A DNA stretch of 64,000 nt from Cyanobacteria bacterium auto_48_18 (GTDB lineage Bacteria > Cyanobacteriota > Vampirovibrionia > Obscuribacterales > Obscuribacteraceae), in contig JAVHQC010000022.1 of assembly GCA_036170915.1 (NCBI GenBank), positions 319,420 through 383,419 on the forward strand. The letters are read 5' to 3'. Position numbers and translations under genes: made by a program. The notes under the pieces were generated by a model. The model worked only from the letters and a program-made list of their open reading frames with translations. It was not told the DNA's origin and did no database searches. Position 1 is the stretch's first letter. Each line of letters starts with the position of its first letter. Shown piece after piece: positions 16,632 through 26,336 of the stretch.

Positions 16632-19142
16632 ATGACCGATGCACCACAAAAAGGTAAAACTGAAGACAAGGTTCAAGACGAAGCTACCCAAAAGCTTCTC
16701 ACCAGTCTCGGCGATCGTGTCGCCCAGTCACCTTATAACCAAGTTGCGCCAGCTTTCCAGAATGGTTTAGACCAACAAAAAGAAGGTGGTAAGCCGGGTC
16801 AGGGCCGCGATGCTTATTTCCCTCCCGATTCTCCTACCGTTGAACGACCATCACGTGGAAGATACGGCCCTAGCGGAACGTTGTATCCGGGAGCCGACCA
16901 GAATCCAGGCAATGGCAACGGCACTCCTCAGGTAAATCCAGATTTCAGAAAGCAGCATGAAGGTAAACAAGTCGATCCCACCAAGCCCTACGAGCGCAAC
17001 CCTATTGGTGGTCAGGCCGCGCAAGAATTAAAAGGCGGCAAGCCTGCACCCGACCGTCAGTATTCGTGGCAGGGTGGTGACTTTTTTGATGCTCGTGTGC
17101 AGCAGACCATTAACAAACGCGGTCAGCACACCGATCTTTTGATGGCCTTGGGCTTTGGTGCTGCAGCGACAGTGCCGATTCCGATGATTCATAGAGGCAT
17201 ATCCAATGCTGCCGATAAAGCTGTGGTTAATGGCGCAGAAACTAATTCCGTCAGTAGTAGGTTAGGTAAATGGTGGCAAACAAATTTAGATCCTTCTAAA
17301 GCCAGTGCCGGTGATTTAATCAAACCGAATGCCGCGCACGAAGCCGCTTTCACCGATTTCAAAGCAATGAGAGACCGGCTTGCTCAAGAAGTAGCTGAGA
17401 AAGGTGACCTTGCTAAACAAGCTCAAGAGAAGCTGGCCTTCTTAGAAGAGCGCAGCAAAACCGGGTTGAAAACAAGCACTCATTTAGAAGCAAAAGTACA
17501 GGGAATCTTTAGTGCAGACGAACTGAAAGTTTTAGAAAATCGAATCACTGCCGAAGCTGCCACTGATGCTGCCACCAAGCAGAAGGCTGGTCGCCTGGCC
17601 AGTTTGGTTGATAACTCGCCTAGCTGGATGAAACGCATGGGCATCGGCCTTAGCGGCACACTGCTCGACTATACGGCGATCACTACTGACCGTTCCATCA
17701 CCAGACAAATTGCTGGTGACAAAGGTGTGCACGAATCGTGGAACGTTAGCCAGTTAGCCACGCCAATGGCCTTTGCTGCCATGCCCGGCCGATGGAAAAT
17801 GGCGGCTCCGATTGTAGGTATTGCCAGCAGCCAGATAGTTGATGGTGTGGCCAGAACAACCGGCCTAACTGCCCCTGATCGTTGGAACGCGGCTACTGGT
17901 GTATTCGATGGTTGGAACGGCGCCTTTGTGGCCGGCAGTTTGACTCTGGCTACATACGCCAAAAACCCCTGGGCTAAAGCCACCATCGCGGGTCTAGGTA
18001 CCATAGTTCCGACTGCCATGCACTTGTATCAAGACAACATCGGCGGCAATCTTAAGGGTAAAACTGAGAATGCTCGCGAGAGTGTGCAAGAAGATCATGC
18101 CGATCGCTCGTACAGTTCACTCAAACACGTAGACTCGGCCATGAGCAAAGTCTTGAATAAGAAGGAAGACTGGGTCGCTGCCAACGTTGATGCCAGCTTC
18201 GCGGCTATGACCACCAAGTGGAATCAATTGGGTGCTGAACAAAGGCTTCTTGCTCTGCGCGATGACGCCAGCACAACCGGCGCTTTGTCTCGTCACATTC
18301 TAGATAAGGGTACTCGCATTGCTGACAAAAATAGTGAGCCCGACTATATGCTGCAAGGCTATCAACTAGACGTAGGTGGACGTTCGCTGCACTATATGCT
18401 GCGCACCAGAAACAGCGCTGATAAGGCCGCTCAGCTCACTCAGGGGATTATCAATGATAATCAGAATAATCCTGATAAGCCGATCACTATTAAGGGTGAG
18501 TTGCCGCAGAAAAGCGAAGTTGATGATTTGAAAAAATACTCAGCTGAGGCGCAAGAAGACATCAATAAAATTCTCGATGGCAAACATGATATTCGTGGTG
18601 CCTTTGATGAACTGGTAAAAGAAGCGAAGGTGCTTGATAAAGAGTTCATCAAAACGTACATCAAAGCGCCTGATCGCCTGATTCTCTATTACAACGAGAA
18701 GGGTGCCAAGGCCAAAGAGGTGTCTGAGAAAGCCGCTGCTGAAGGCAATGACGCTTTGCGCCAGCAAGCCGATGCCAAAATGCAAGAGTACGCCAAAGTG
18801 GTTGGCAAACTCTATCGTGACCAGGCTCTGGCTTACATGGCTATGGCCGCTGCCAAAAATGCAAATGGCAAAGACGGTGGAGGCTCTTACGATTTTCTGA
18901 TAGACGACGGCGCCAACAACAAAGACATTTTTGAAACCACCGGACAGCGCAAGAGCTATAACGGAGCTCAAGGTTGTTTGCGTTTGGCTGAAAATTATTC
19001 ACCAACCAACCCTGACATGGTTGAACTGAATAAAATATTTGCCGAGACTGCCGCCAAAATGCGAGATAACAAGGTGCTGCAATTGACTGGTGGAACCAAT
19101 ATTCTTGGTTATCACGACAATTTCGCTAGACCTAGGCAGTAG
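16632..19142 (+). CDS. Large hypothetical protein (836 aa) with disordered N-terminus, central hydrophobic hairpins and helical C-terminus
   Basis: Long uninterrupted ORF with GGAGAG RBS before ATG 16632. No recognisable family. Confidence 0.8.
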   Translation: MTDAPQKGKTEDKVQDEATQKLLTSLGDRVAQSPYNQVAPAFQNGLDQQKEGGKPGQGRDAYFPPDSPTVERPSRGRYGPSGTLYPGADQNPGNGNGTPQVNPDFRKQHEGKQVDPTKPYERNPIGGQAAQELKGGKPAPDRQYSWQGGDFFDARVQQTINKRGQHTDLLMALGFGAAATVPIPMIHRGISNAADKAVVNGAETNSVSSRLGKWWQTNLDPSKASAGDLIKPNAAHEAAFTDFKAMRDRLAQEVAEKGDLAKQAQEKLAFLEERSKTGLKTSTHLEAKVQGIFSADELKVLENRITAEAATDAATKQKAGRLASLVDNSPSWMKRMGIGLSGTLLDYTAITTDRSITRQIAGDKGVHESWNVSQLATPMAFAAMPGRWKMAAPIVGIASSQIVDGVARTTGLTAPDRWNAATGVFDGWNGAFVAGSLTLATYAKNPWAKATIAGLGTIVPTAMHLYQDNIGGNLKGKTENARESVQEDHADRSYSSLKHVDSAMSKVLNKKEDWVAANVDASFAAMTTKWNQLGAEQRLLALRDDASTTGALSRHILDKGTRIADKNSEPDYMLQGYQLDVGGRSLHYMLRTRNSADKAAQLTQGIINDNQNNPDKPITIKGELPQKSEVDDLKKYSAEAQEDINKILDGKHDIRGAFDELVKEAKVLDKEFIKTYIKAPDRLILYYNEKGAKAKEVSEKAAAEGNDALRQQADAKMQEYAKVVGKLYRDQALAYMAMAAAKNANGKDGGGSYDFLIDDGANNKDIFETTGQRKSYNGAQGCLRLAENYSPTNPDMVELNKIFAETAAKMRDNKVLQLTGGTNILGYHDNFARPRQ

Positions 19143-19171
19143 TTTCTGCTCTCGGTAATAATTTTTCTCGC

Positions 19172-20695
19172 TCATCGCCAGGCTTTTCCACCCGGTTTTT
19201 TTCGGCTGCCGTGCTTTTGAAAAACACGTTCTGCATCTAAATTGGCAGCCTCTGTTTTGCGCAAAGCAAAAATGCGGTCTTTGGCGCTTTTGGCTGCTAT
19301 AGCGTGATCGACAATGGGAGATGGATAATCTTTGCCAATTACACAACCATGAAATTGCTGAAAAAGTGGTGGCAGTAATTCTGGTTGATGCAAATATTCT
19401 AAAGGCACATCTTTGAGCTCCGGCACATATTGACGAATAAACTCGCCGTCAGGATCTTGCTCTAGACCTTGCTTTATTGGCGAATAGACACGAATGTCAT
19501 TGATTGCCGTTGTACCTGCTTGCATTTGGAATTGAGAATAATGAATACCGGGCTCGAAATCTAGAAAATGCCGAGCAAGATAAACTGCAGTGGGGCGCCA
19601 GTGAAGCCAGAGATCGAAAGAGGCAAAAGATACAAGCATAGCTCGCATGCGAAAATTGACCCAGCCTGTTTCTTTTAAAGCACGCATGCAAGCGTCAACC
19701 ATCGGATACCCAGTCATGCCGTTGCACCAGGCCGCAAAATAGTCCTGGCGAAAATCACTTTCGCGAAGGTCGTCGTAAATTGGGGACATATTGTGAAACT
19801 CAATAGCCGGCTCGTCCTCAAGCTTTTGCATGAAATGGCAACGCCAGATAAGACGTTGTTCAAAAGATGCCAGGCTCTTTTGCCAGGCGCTTTGTCTGGC
19901 ATTGCTCTCTTTTCCTGCGCTTGCTAAATTCTGTCGACGTGCCACGCTGGCCTGGTAAACTACACGCGAAGATATGGCACCAAAAGTCAGATAGGGGCTC
20001 AGTCTGCTGCACGAATTTTGTGCGCTCAGAGGGCTCGATATTTCATAGCGATAATTTTTGCCTCGTAGAGACAAAAAAGAAAGCAGCTCTTCCTGGGCAA
20101 TTGCTTCTCCTCCTACCTGTGCTTTTGGCTTGGTAGATGGAGCTAAGCCAATCTCTGCCAGTGTTGGAATCGCTCCCGTCTGCACATCTGTAAGTGTGAA
20201 ATTTTCTGGCAGTTGTAATCGTGGTGGCACAGCTGTGACAGGGGTGCTCATGCGTTCAAACCATTTGGCACTCCAGCCGTCGCGATTGCGCAATCGTCTT
20301 ACCACGCCGTTCTGAGGAATCTCTTCATAAGCGATGCCGGCATTTTTGCACCATGCCTGCACGCGTAGGTCTCGTTTGTAGGTTATGTCATTGCCTGTTT
20401 CTTCGTGGCACCAGATTTTTTCAAAAGCTATCTTGTCTTGAAGAGTTTTGAAAACTTCAGGGAGATCACCCTGCATAACGAACAGGCTGCCGCCAATTTT
20501 GAGCAAATTTTGACGCAATTCATGCAAACAATCGTTGATAAAGACCTGATGACTGGAATCAAAATCTTCGGCAAAAATTACTGCTGGTTCAATTACGTAG
20601 AGGCATAATACAGGCCCATGTTTCGCCGCCATGGCTAGAGGTTGATGATCCAAAACCCGCAGGTCTTTTTTGAACCAAACTAGCTGAACAGCCAT
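19172..20695 (-). CDS. Cryptochrome/DNA photolyase family protein
   Basis: VWFKKDLRV.DH..L, CSRLSPYL.FG.IS, G.TGYP.VDACMR.L..TGW.NFRMRAM, FLDFEPGIH and DPDGEFIR.YVPEL motifs. Confidence 0.93.
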   Translation of the reverse strand: MAVQLVWFKKDLRVLDHQPLAMAAKHGPVLCLYVIEPAVIFAEDFDSSHQVFINDCLHELRQNLLKIGGSLFVMQGDLPEVFKTLQDKIAFEKIWCHEETGNDITYKRDLRVQAWCKNAGIAYEEIPQNGVVRRLRNRDGWSAKWFERMSTPVTAVPPRLQLPENFTLTDVQTGAIPTLAEIGLAPSTKPKAQVGGEAIAQEELLSFLSLRGKNYRYEISSPLSAQNSCSRLSPYLTFGAISSRVVYQASVARRQNLASAGKESNARQSAWQKSLASFEQRLIWRCHFMQKLEDEPAIEFHNMSPIYDDLRESDFRQDYFAAWCNGMTGYPMVDACMRALKETGWVNFRMRAMLVSFASFDLWLHWRPTAVYLARHFLDFEPGIHYSQFQMQAGTTAINDIRVYSPIKQGLEQDPDGEFIRQYVPELKDVPLEYLHQPELLPPLFQQFHGCVIGKDYPSPIVDHAIAAKSAKDRIFALRKTEAANLDAERVFQKHGSRKKPGGKAWR

Positions 20696-20730
20696 GGCGA
20701 TAACCTGAGATTTGGGAATAAATGTGAGCA

Positions 20731-21120
20731 GTGAATTATCTTCAATTTAACAAGTTCTGCAAGGCTTTTCCCCACGCTTCTCACGTTGTGCAGTGGGGTG
20801 GAGCTCATGTTTGGAAAATTGGCGGAAAGGTTTTCGCGATTGGCGGTTGGGCAACAAATAGTAGTGGCGCAATTACTTTTAAAGTCAGTGAAATGAACTT
20901 CGAGATGCTTCGAGAGCAGCCGGGTCTTCGCCCGGCACCCTATCTGGCGTCGCGTGGGCTTAAGTGGATTCAACATTATGAATCTCCCGGTCTGAGTGAT
21001 AGCGAATTGAAAGAGTGCATTCGCAGGTCATATGTGCTTGTATCGCAGGGCCTATCAAAGAAGCGACGCGCCGAGCTTGGACTGACGGAGGATTGCGGTG
21101 AATCTAATCACAAAGGGTAA
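20731..21120 (+). CDS. MmcQ/YjbR family DNA-binding protein
   Basis: QWG...VWKIGGKVFA, PAPYLA...KW and SY.LV..GLSKK motifs. Confidence 0.9.
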   Translation: MNYLQFNKFCKAFPHASHVVQWGGAHVWKIGGKVFAIGGWATNSSGAITFKVSEMNFEMLREQPGLRPAPYLASRGLKWIQHYESPGLSDSELKECIRRSYVLVSQGLSKKRRAELGLTEDCGESNHKG

Positions 21121-21208
21121 AAGTCGGCTAAAAATGGCTATGATTGCAAGTGTGGTTAACCTGGCCTAAAGGCAAACATAACAACCGCCATTTACTGAGG
21201 TTTTATCA

Positions 21209-22735
21209 ATGCCTGATTCACCTGTTCTAGTTATAGGCGCTTCTGGCTATGTCGGCAACCGACTGGTGCCTCAACTGCTGCACGCCGGTTTTAGAGTCAG
21301 GGCCTGCGGCCGCTCACTTGCCAACTTGAAAAGCAAAATTTGGTCGCAGCATGCCAATGTCGAGTTGGTGGAGGCTGATATTCTTCGCCCGAAGTCACTA
21401 AGTATGGCAATTTCGGGATGCGAGATAGCCTATTATCTGGTGCATTCTATGAATAAGAACACCAGAGATTTTGCTAGAAAAGATCGGCAAGCCGCACTAA
21501 ATATGGTATCAGCTTCAGAGTCTTCTCAGTTGCGTCAGATCATTTACCTGGGCGGCCTCGGAGAAGATGACGACAAGCTCAGTAAGCATCTTCGCTCTAG
21601 AGCTGAAGTTGCCTCTATTTTGCAATCAGGCTCAGTTCCGGTAACTGTTTTGCGTGCAGCCATGATTATTGGCTCAGGCAGTGCGTCTTTTGAATTGCTT
21701 CGCTATCTGGTAGAAAGATTGCCGGTGATGGTTACACCAGAATCAGTCGATACTAAAAATCAACCAATCGCCATTGAAAACGTGCTTGCTTATTTAGTCG
21801 GCTGTCTTGGTAATGAAAAAACTTACGGAGAAATTTTCGATATTGGTGGAAGCGAAATTCTCACGTATAGAGAACTAATAAAGGCCTACGCCAAAGAAGC
21901 CAATATCATAGAGCCGACAATCATCTCAACGCCGTACCTATCTGGCCAGGTCAGTGCTTTTTTGCTGCAATTTGCCACGCCGATTCCTGGATACTTAGTC
22001 GGACCGCTGGCAGAAGGAATGTCTTGCGGAGTGGTCTGCAAAGAAAATCGCATTAGAGATCTGATACCACTTAGTTTGCTCGACAGCCGCTCAGCCATTG
22101 GCAAGGCTCTAGAAACCAGACAGTATCACGATCTTGAAAGCTTAGAAACTGAAGCAGACATGATACGCCATCCGGAGTGGGTGGCCATGGATGAGCCCGA
22201 TTGGGTTGGAGGCACCGTATATAGTGAATGCTATCGTATGGTGGTGAAGGGTTCACTCGCTCAGGCCTGGAAGCCAATTGTGCGATTGGGTGGAGAAACA
22301 GGCTACTACTTCGGCGACCAGTTATGGCAGTTGCGCGGCCTGCTAGATTTGCTTTTTGGTGGTGTGGGCATGCGCAAAGGGCGTCGTCATCCTACTGACC
22401 TGGCTGTGGGTGATGCACTGGACTTTTGGCGAGTCTTGCTCGTTGAGCCAGACCACCGGTTAGTGCTTCTGGCTGAGATGAAATTGCCGGGTGAGGCAGT
22501 TCTCGAGTTCAGGTTAAAGCGTCTCGGTGATGAGAAAACTGAAATCGTGCAGATACTGAAATTTTTGCCCAACGGAATTTATGGTATGAGTTACTGGCAC
22601 GCTTCCACAAGGTTGCACGGCCAACTGTTTGTCGGCATGCTTGAAGGTATTGCCAGGGCAAGCAAGTGTAAAATACTGGAAGGCCCAAAATCGATAAAGA
22701 TGCCTGCATCAGTGCTTTCTACAGCTAAGGCATGA
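21209..22735 (+). CDS. Atypical SDR oxidoreductase with DUF2867 (YbjT-like)
   Basis: GASGYVG, AYYLVHSM, S.HL.SR, IIGSGSASFE, GG..G.Y....LW..RG..D and AEMKLPG.A motifs. Confidence 0.92.
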   Translation: MPDSPVLVIGASGYVGNRLVPQLLHAGFRVRACGRSLANLKSKIWSQHANVELVEADILRPKSLSMAISGCEIAYYLVHSMNKNTRDFARKDRQAALNMVSASESSQLRQIIYLGGLGEDDDKLSKHLRSRAEVASILQSGSVPVTVLRAAMIIGSGSASFELLRYLVERLPVMVTPESVDTKNQPIAIENVLAYLVGCLGNEKTYGEIFDIGGSEILTYRELIKAYAKEANIIEPTIISTPYLSGQVSAFLLQFATPIPGYLVGPLAEGMSCGVVCKENRIRDLIPLSLLDSRSAIGKALETRQYHDLESLETEADMIRHPEWVAMDEPDWVGGTVYSECYRMVVKGSLAQAWKPIVRLGGETGYYFGDQLWQLRGLLDLLFGGVGMRKGRRHPTDLAVGDALDFWRVLLVEPDHRLVLLAEMKLPGEAVLEFRLKRLGDEKTEIVQILKFLPNGIYGMSYWHASTRLHGQLFVGMLEGIARASKCKILEGPKSIKMPASVLSTAKA

Positions 22736-22845
22736 GTCAGTGAAATTAATTCATTGCTTTCAGAACTAAAGTTTTCAATTTCGATTGAACTTTTTGCCCC
22801 AAAATTACGTTTACTCTTTTGTACTGCAATTGAGAGAGTAAATTT

Positions 22846-25005
22846 ATGCAGCCTAATTCACCTACCTCTGTGGCGGGTTATACACCCACGCGCGCTTTTT
22901 CTTGCTTTTCGATTTGTGTTTTAAGTGGCGCGCTAGCGGCCAGCCTGGGTATGCACCCGGCCTTTGCGCTGTTAATGGCACTGTTGCCCTTGCTCTTGCG
23001 TCCGCTCTGCCTGTGGCCCCTCAGGCTGGCTCTGGCGCTAAGTTTGGCATTAGCTTTGAGTTTTGGTTTGACAATGGTGCGCAAAGAACATCATGGGCCT
23101 AATGACGACGACCTTTATTTCTATCAAGGTAGTGGTCGGGTAAAAATTGCAGGCACCATAGAAGAAGTACGTGAGCGCAATGACGGCGACGAGCACACTT
23201 GCGCTCTGGTGGTGTCTGCAGAGCGCCTGGACTATCCAGTCAAGCGTAGTCTGGACGGCAAGGTGTTGGTCAACATTGAGGCTTCAGAAGCGCCTTTGCA
23301 AGATCCATTGCTGCCGGGAGATTGCGTCGAAGTATCCGGCATATTGCGCAAACCCAAAGCAAAGAATTTTTCTTTTGAGTTTGACGAAGCCAGATGGCTT
23401 AGCAGTCAGGGAATTTTTGCCCGCTTAAGTAGCCGTGCTGATGACGTACATGTTCTTGGCTCGAGCAAGTCTATAGATAGCGTCTTTAACCGCACGGTGA
23501 ACGTATTGCGGCGGAGTATTGTCGACGCTCACACCAGGCATCTAGGAGCTGTGGGCGGCGCTCTTTTTTCGTCAATGGTTCTGGGCGATCGGGTTGTGTC
23601 TATTGATCAAGATTTAAAAAAAGAGTTTTCGCGCATTGGTTTGTCGCATTTGCTGGCCGCTTCCGGCCTTAATCTAACCATTATTGTGGCGGCGGCTCTG
23701 GCACTTTGTCGTTTTTTTCAGCGCGGTACTACTGAGGTAAGCTGGCTGCAAACGTGGATTTCCTTTGCCTGCGTTGTTCTCTTTACCTCTTTTGCTGGTG
23801 CCGGCCCGTCTGTTAGTCGAGCAGCGATAATGTGTTTAATTGCATTGTGGGCGCGCCTGGCTTTTGTTAAATTAGCTCATGGCAGTGCACTGGCGGTGGC
23901 TCTTTTGATTGCTCTGGCCCTTGATCCGCTTAGTGTTGCTGATGTGGGCTTGCAGCTGTCATATGGTGCTACATTTGGCATTATCTATATTTATCCTTTG
24001 TTTGAACTGGTCTGGCTCAAACAAATCGAAAATCGTTTGCTTAAAATTATTGCTTCTCTGGTATCGGTAGTAGTGGCAGCGCAAATTGCCGTGTTGCCTA
24101 TTCAGTTGCTGGTGTTTCAGCAGCTTTCCATTCTGGTTTTGCCTGCCAATTTACTGGCAGAGCCTGTGGTGGTGCCACTAACAGTTCTTGGCTTTGTCTC
24201 GTCCCTACTGGCGGCCATTGCTGAACAAACATACGCGCACTCTCCGCAATTAGAACTAGTGACGAAGTTGGCAGCGTCTGGTTGCTTTTGTCTTGACTGG
24301 CTGGCTCAGTTTCCCCTGGCCTGGTTGATGCAAACTGCACATTGCTTAGCGGCGTTACCCATGGCCTCGCTGACAGTGGCCAGGCCGCAGGCTGCCCACG
24401 TGGTTCTTTACTGCGCTTTGCTCATGGGGGTGATGGCTTTTGGCAAGCTACGTCCTCGGCTTGCCTGTGTTCTTCTATTTCTGGCTTTTATTATGTTGAC
24501 GGCGGTTTCTTATATTGAAAGCCCACTCTTAGAGTTTTTCTGTACTGGCCAAGAAGTTGTTGTCAACCGGGGCAACCTGGCTTTTTTCGTCTGGTCGAAA
24601 GAGCCGGGCTCTAGTGCCATTAAAAATAGTGATGCGCGCAATTTTATTCGTTATCTCAGTAACCGTGGTGTGCCTCGGGTCAGCCCACCCGGTTTTAACT
24701 CACAAGAAGAATTGACGCTCAAGCCCGAGCATTTACTGGTAAGGCCTGCGTGGCCAATTAAGATATCTCGTTCTGGTAAGCGCAGTGACCCACCAGTGCT
24801 CGAGTTGAGCAGCGTCTGCAAGGGTGTCAATCAGTCATTAACGGTCTTTCCGCCAGGTTATGGCGAGCAAGATTGCCACCTGAACGGCAGGCTGATGACG
24901 CCGTCGTTCATACCCTATTGCCCCTGTGCAATGCCCTTTTGCTTACCTTTGTTTGCAGACAGCGAATGCCAGAAGACCGGCTATTACCTGAGTTTCAGGC
25001 TTTGA
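22846..25005 (+). CDS. comEC: ComEC/Rec2 competence DNA-uptake channel (DUF4131 OB + competence domain, no clear metallo-beta-lactamase domain)
   Basis: FD...WL...GIF, GLSHLLAASGLN, PSV.RA..M and D.GLQLSY.AT motifs. Confidence 0.9.
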   Translation: MQPNSPTSVAGYTPTRAFSCFSICVLSGALAASLGMHPAFALLMALLPLLLRPLCLWPLRLALALSLALALSFGLTMVRKEHHGPNDDDLYFYQGSGRVKIAGTIEEVRERNDGDEHTCALVVSAERLDYPVKRSLDGKVLVNIEASEAPLQDPLLPGDCVEVSGILRKPKAKNFSFEFDEARWLSSQGIFARLSSRADDVHVLGSSKSIDSVFNRTVNVLRRSIVDAHTRHLGAVGGALFSSMVLGDRVVSIDQDLKKEFSRIGLSHLLAASGLNLTIIVAAALALCRFFQRGTTEVSWLQTWISFACVVLFTSFAGAGPSVSRAAIMCLIALWARLAFVKLAHGSALAVALLIALALDPLSVADVGLQLSYGATFGIIYIYPLFELVWLKQIENRLLKIIASLVSVVVAAQIAVLPIQLLVFQQLSILVLPANLLAEPVVVPLTVLGFVSSLLAAIAEQTYAHSPQLELVTKLAASGCFCLDWLAQFPLAWLMQTAHCLAALPMASLTVARPQAAHVVLYCALLMGVMAFGKLRPRLACVLLFLAFIMLTAVSYIESPLLEFFCTGQEVVVNRGNLAFFVWSKEPGSSAIKNSDARNFIRYLSNRGVPRVSPPGFNSQEELTLKPEHLLVRPAWPIKISRSGKRSDPPVLELSSVCKGVNQSLTVFPPGYGEQDCHLNGRLMTPSFIPYCPCAMPFCLPLFADSECQKTGYYLSFRL

Positions 25006-25079
25006 GAAGTGTCAAAAACATTTTAAGCGTTGCAGGAGGTCTGCCATGTTATGTTATGCAGGCCGTCTTGAAACATTGA

Positions 25080-26336
25080 ATGACTGAAGAACAACGACTT
25101 ATCACAGATCCGCCGCCCCAAGAAGCCGCTACAGCCAAAGCCACCAGTGGTGGTGCTGAGATGTACTGGCCTCAACTTGATGGTATACGTTCTCTGGCTT
25201 TTATTCTTGTGTTTGTGCACCATGTGGGAAAGATTCCTCAGGCCCAAAGAGTATTGCCTGACGTTATTTTGAAAGTGGTAGACACAATCAGTGCCTGGGG
25301 CTGGATTGGCGTCGATATTTTCTTCACACTGAGCGGATTTCTCATCACTCATCTTTTGTTGGCAGAGAAAAAACAGTTCAATAGTATCTCTTTTAAATTG
25401 TTTTTTGCCAGGAGGGCACTGCGCATCTGGCCTGTTTACTATTTGCTTTTGTTTTTTGCCATTATTCTTGTACCTGTGCTGCACTGGCAAAGTCTCAATT
25501 TGAAACTTTATGGAGAATTTTTATTCAAGCAAGGCTTGCCCTTGGCACTGTTCTGCGGCAATATCAGCATGGCTTTTCCTTCGGTGATGATTAAGTTCAT
25601 GAAACCGCCAGATGTTTTCTTGTTGCTGCCCACATGGTCACTGGCGGTGGAAGAGCAATTTTATTTGACATGGCCATTTTTGCTCAAAATATTACCGACT
25701 CCAAAAGCAATTTACCGCCTTATATTGGCTCTAACAGTTTTGTCTCTGGCCGCTAGAGCCGTGCTCTGGTACCTCTCCCATTACGTCGTGCACATGACTT
25801 ATCCAGTTAGCCTCTATTACTATTTTACTCTCTCGCATCTGGAACCACTGATGGCAGGCGCCGTCTGCGCCGTAACCATTTCTTATTTTCCTGAGTTTAA
25901 AGAGAAAATAGCAAAATTCAAGAACTATATTTTTGTTGCTCTGGGTCTCCTTATTCTCCTTTGTACTCTGGTTTTCCCAGAGATTTCTAAGAACAGTTAC
26001 CTGAATATTTTCATGTTCAGCTGCGTGGCCATGGGTTGTCTGCTTTTTCTCATTAGCGCTCTGGTATCACCTGTAGTGGCGAAAGTTTTCAGTAATAAAA
26101 TTCTTGCCTCTTTCGGAAAGCTTACTTATGCCATGTATCTTGTGCATATGTATTTTATTTCTCTAGCAGAAATATGGCTGCAGGAAATTTTCAAAGTGCC
26201 GCTGACCTCGCCGTTTTTCTGGCTGCTTAAATTTAGTCTGGCTTTATTGCTCAGTTATAGCTTTGCTTTTGTCAGCTGGCATCTATTAGAAAGTAGATTT
26301 TTAAAAATGCGCAAGCTTTTCCGGCGGCACGCTTGA
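25080..26336 (+). CDS. Acyltransferase-3 (OafA-like) membrane O-acyltransferase
   Basis: LDGIR..A...V...H, GVDIFF.LSGFLI, RRALRIWP.Y, WSLAVEEQFY and G..TY.MYL.H motifs. Confidence 0.93.
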   Translation: MTEEQRLITDPPPQEAATAKATSGGAEMYWPQLDGIRSLAFILVFVHHVGKIPQAQRVLPDVILKVVDTISAWGWIGVDIFFTLSGFLITHLLLAEKKQFNSISFKLFFARRALRIWPVYYLLLFFAIILVPVLHWQSLNLKLYGEFLFKQGLPLALFCGNISMAFPSVMIKFMKPPDVFLLLPTWSLAVEEQFYLTWPFLLKILPTPKAIYRLILALTVLSLAARAVLWYLSHYVVHMTYPVSLYYYFTLSHLEPLMAGAVCAVTISYFPEFKEKIAKFKNYIFVALGLLILLCTLVFPEISKNSYLNIFMFSCVAMGCLLFLISALVSPVVAKVFSNKILASFGKLTYAMYLVHMYFISLAEIWLQEIFKVPLTSPFFWLLKFSLALLLSYSFAFVSWHLLESRFLKMRKLFRRHA

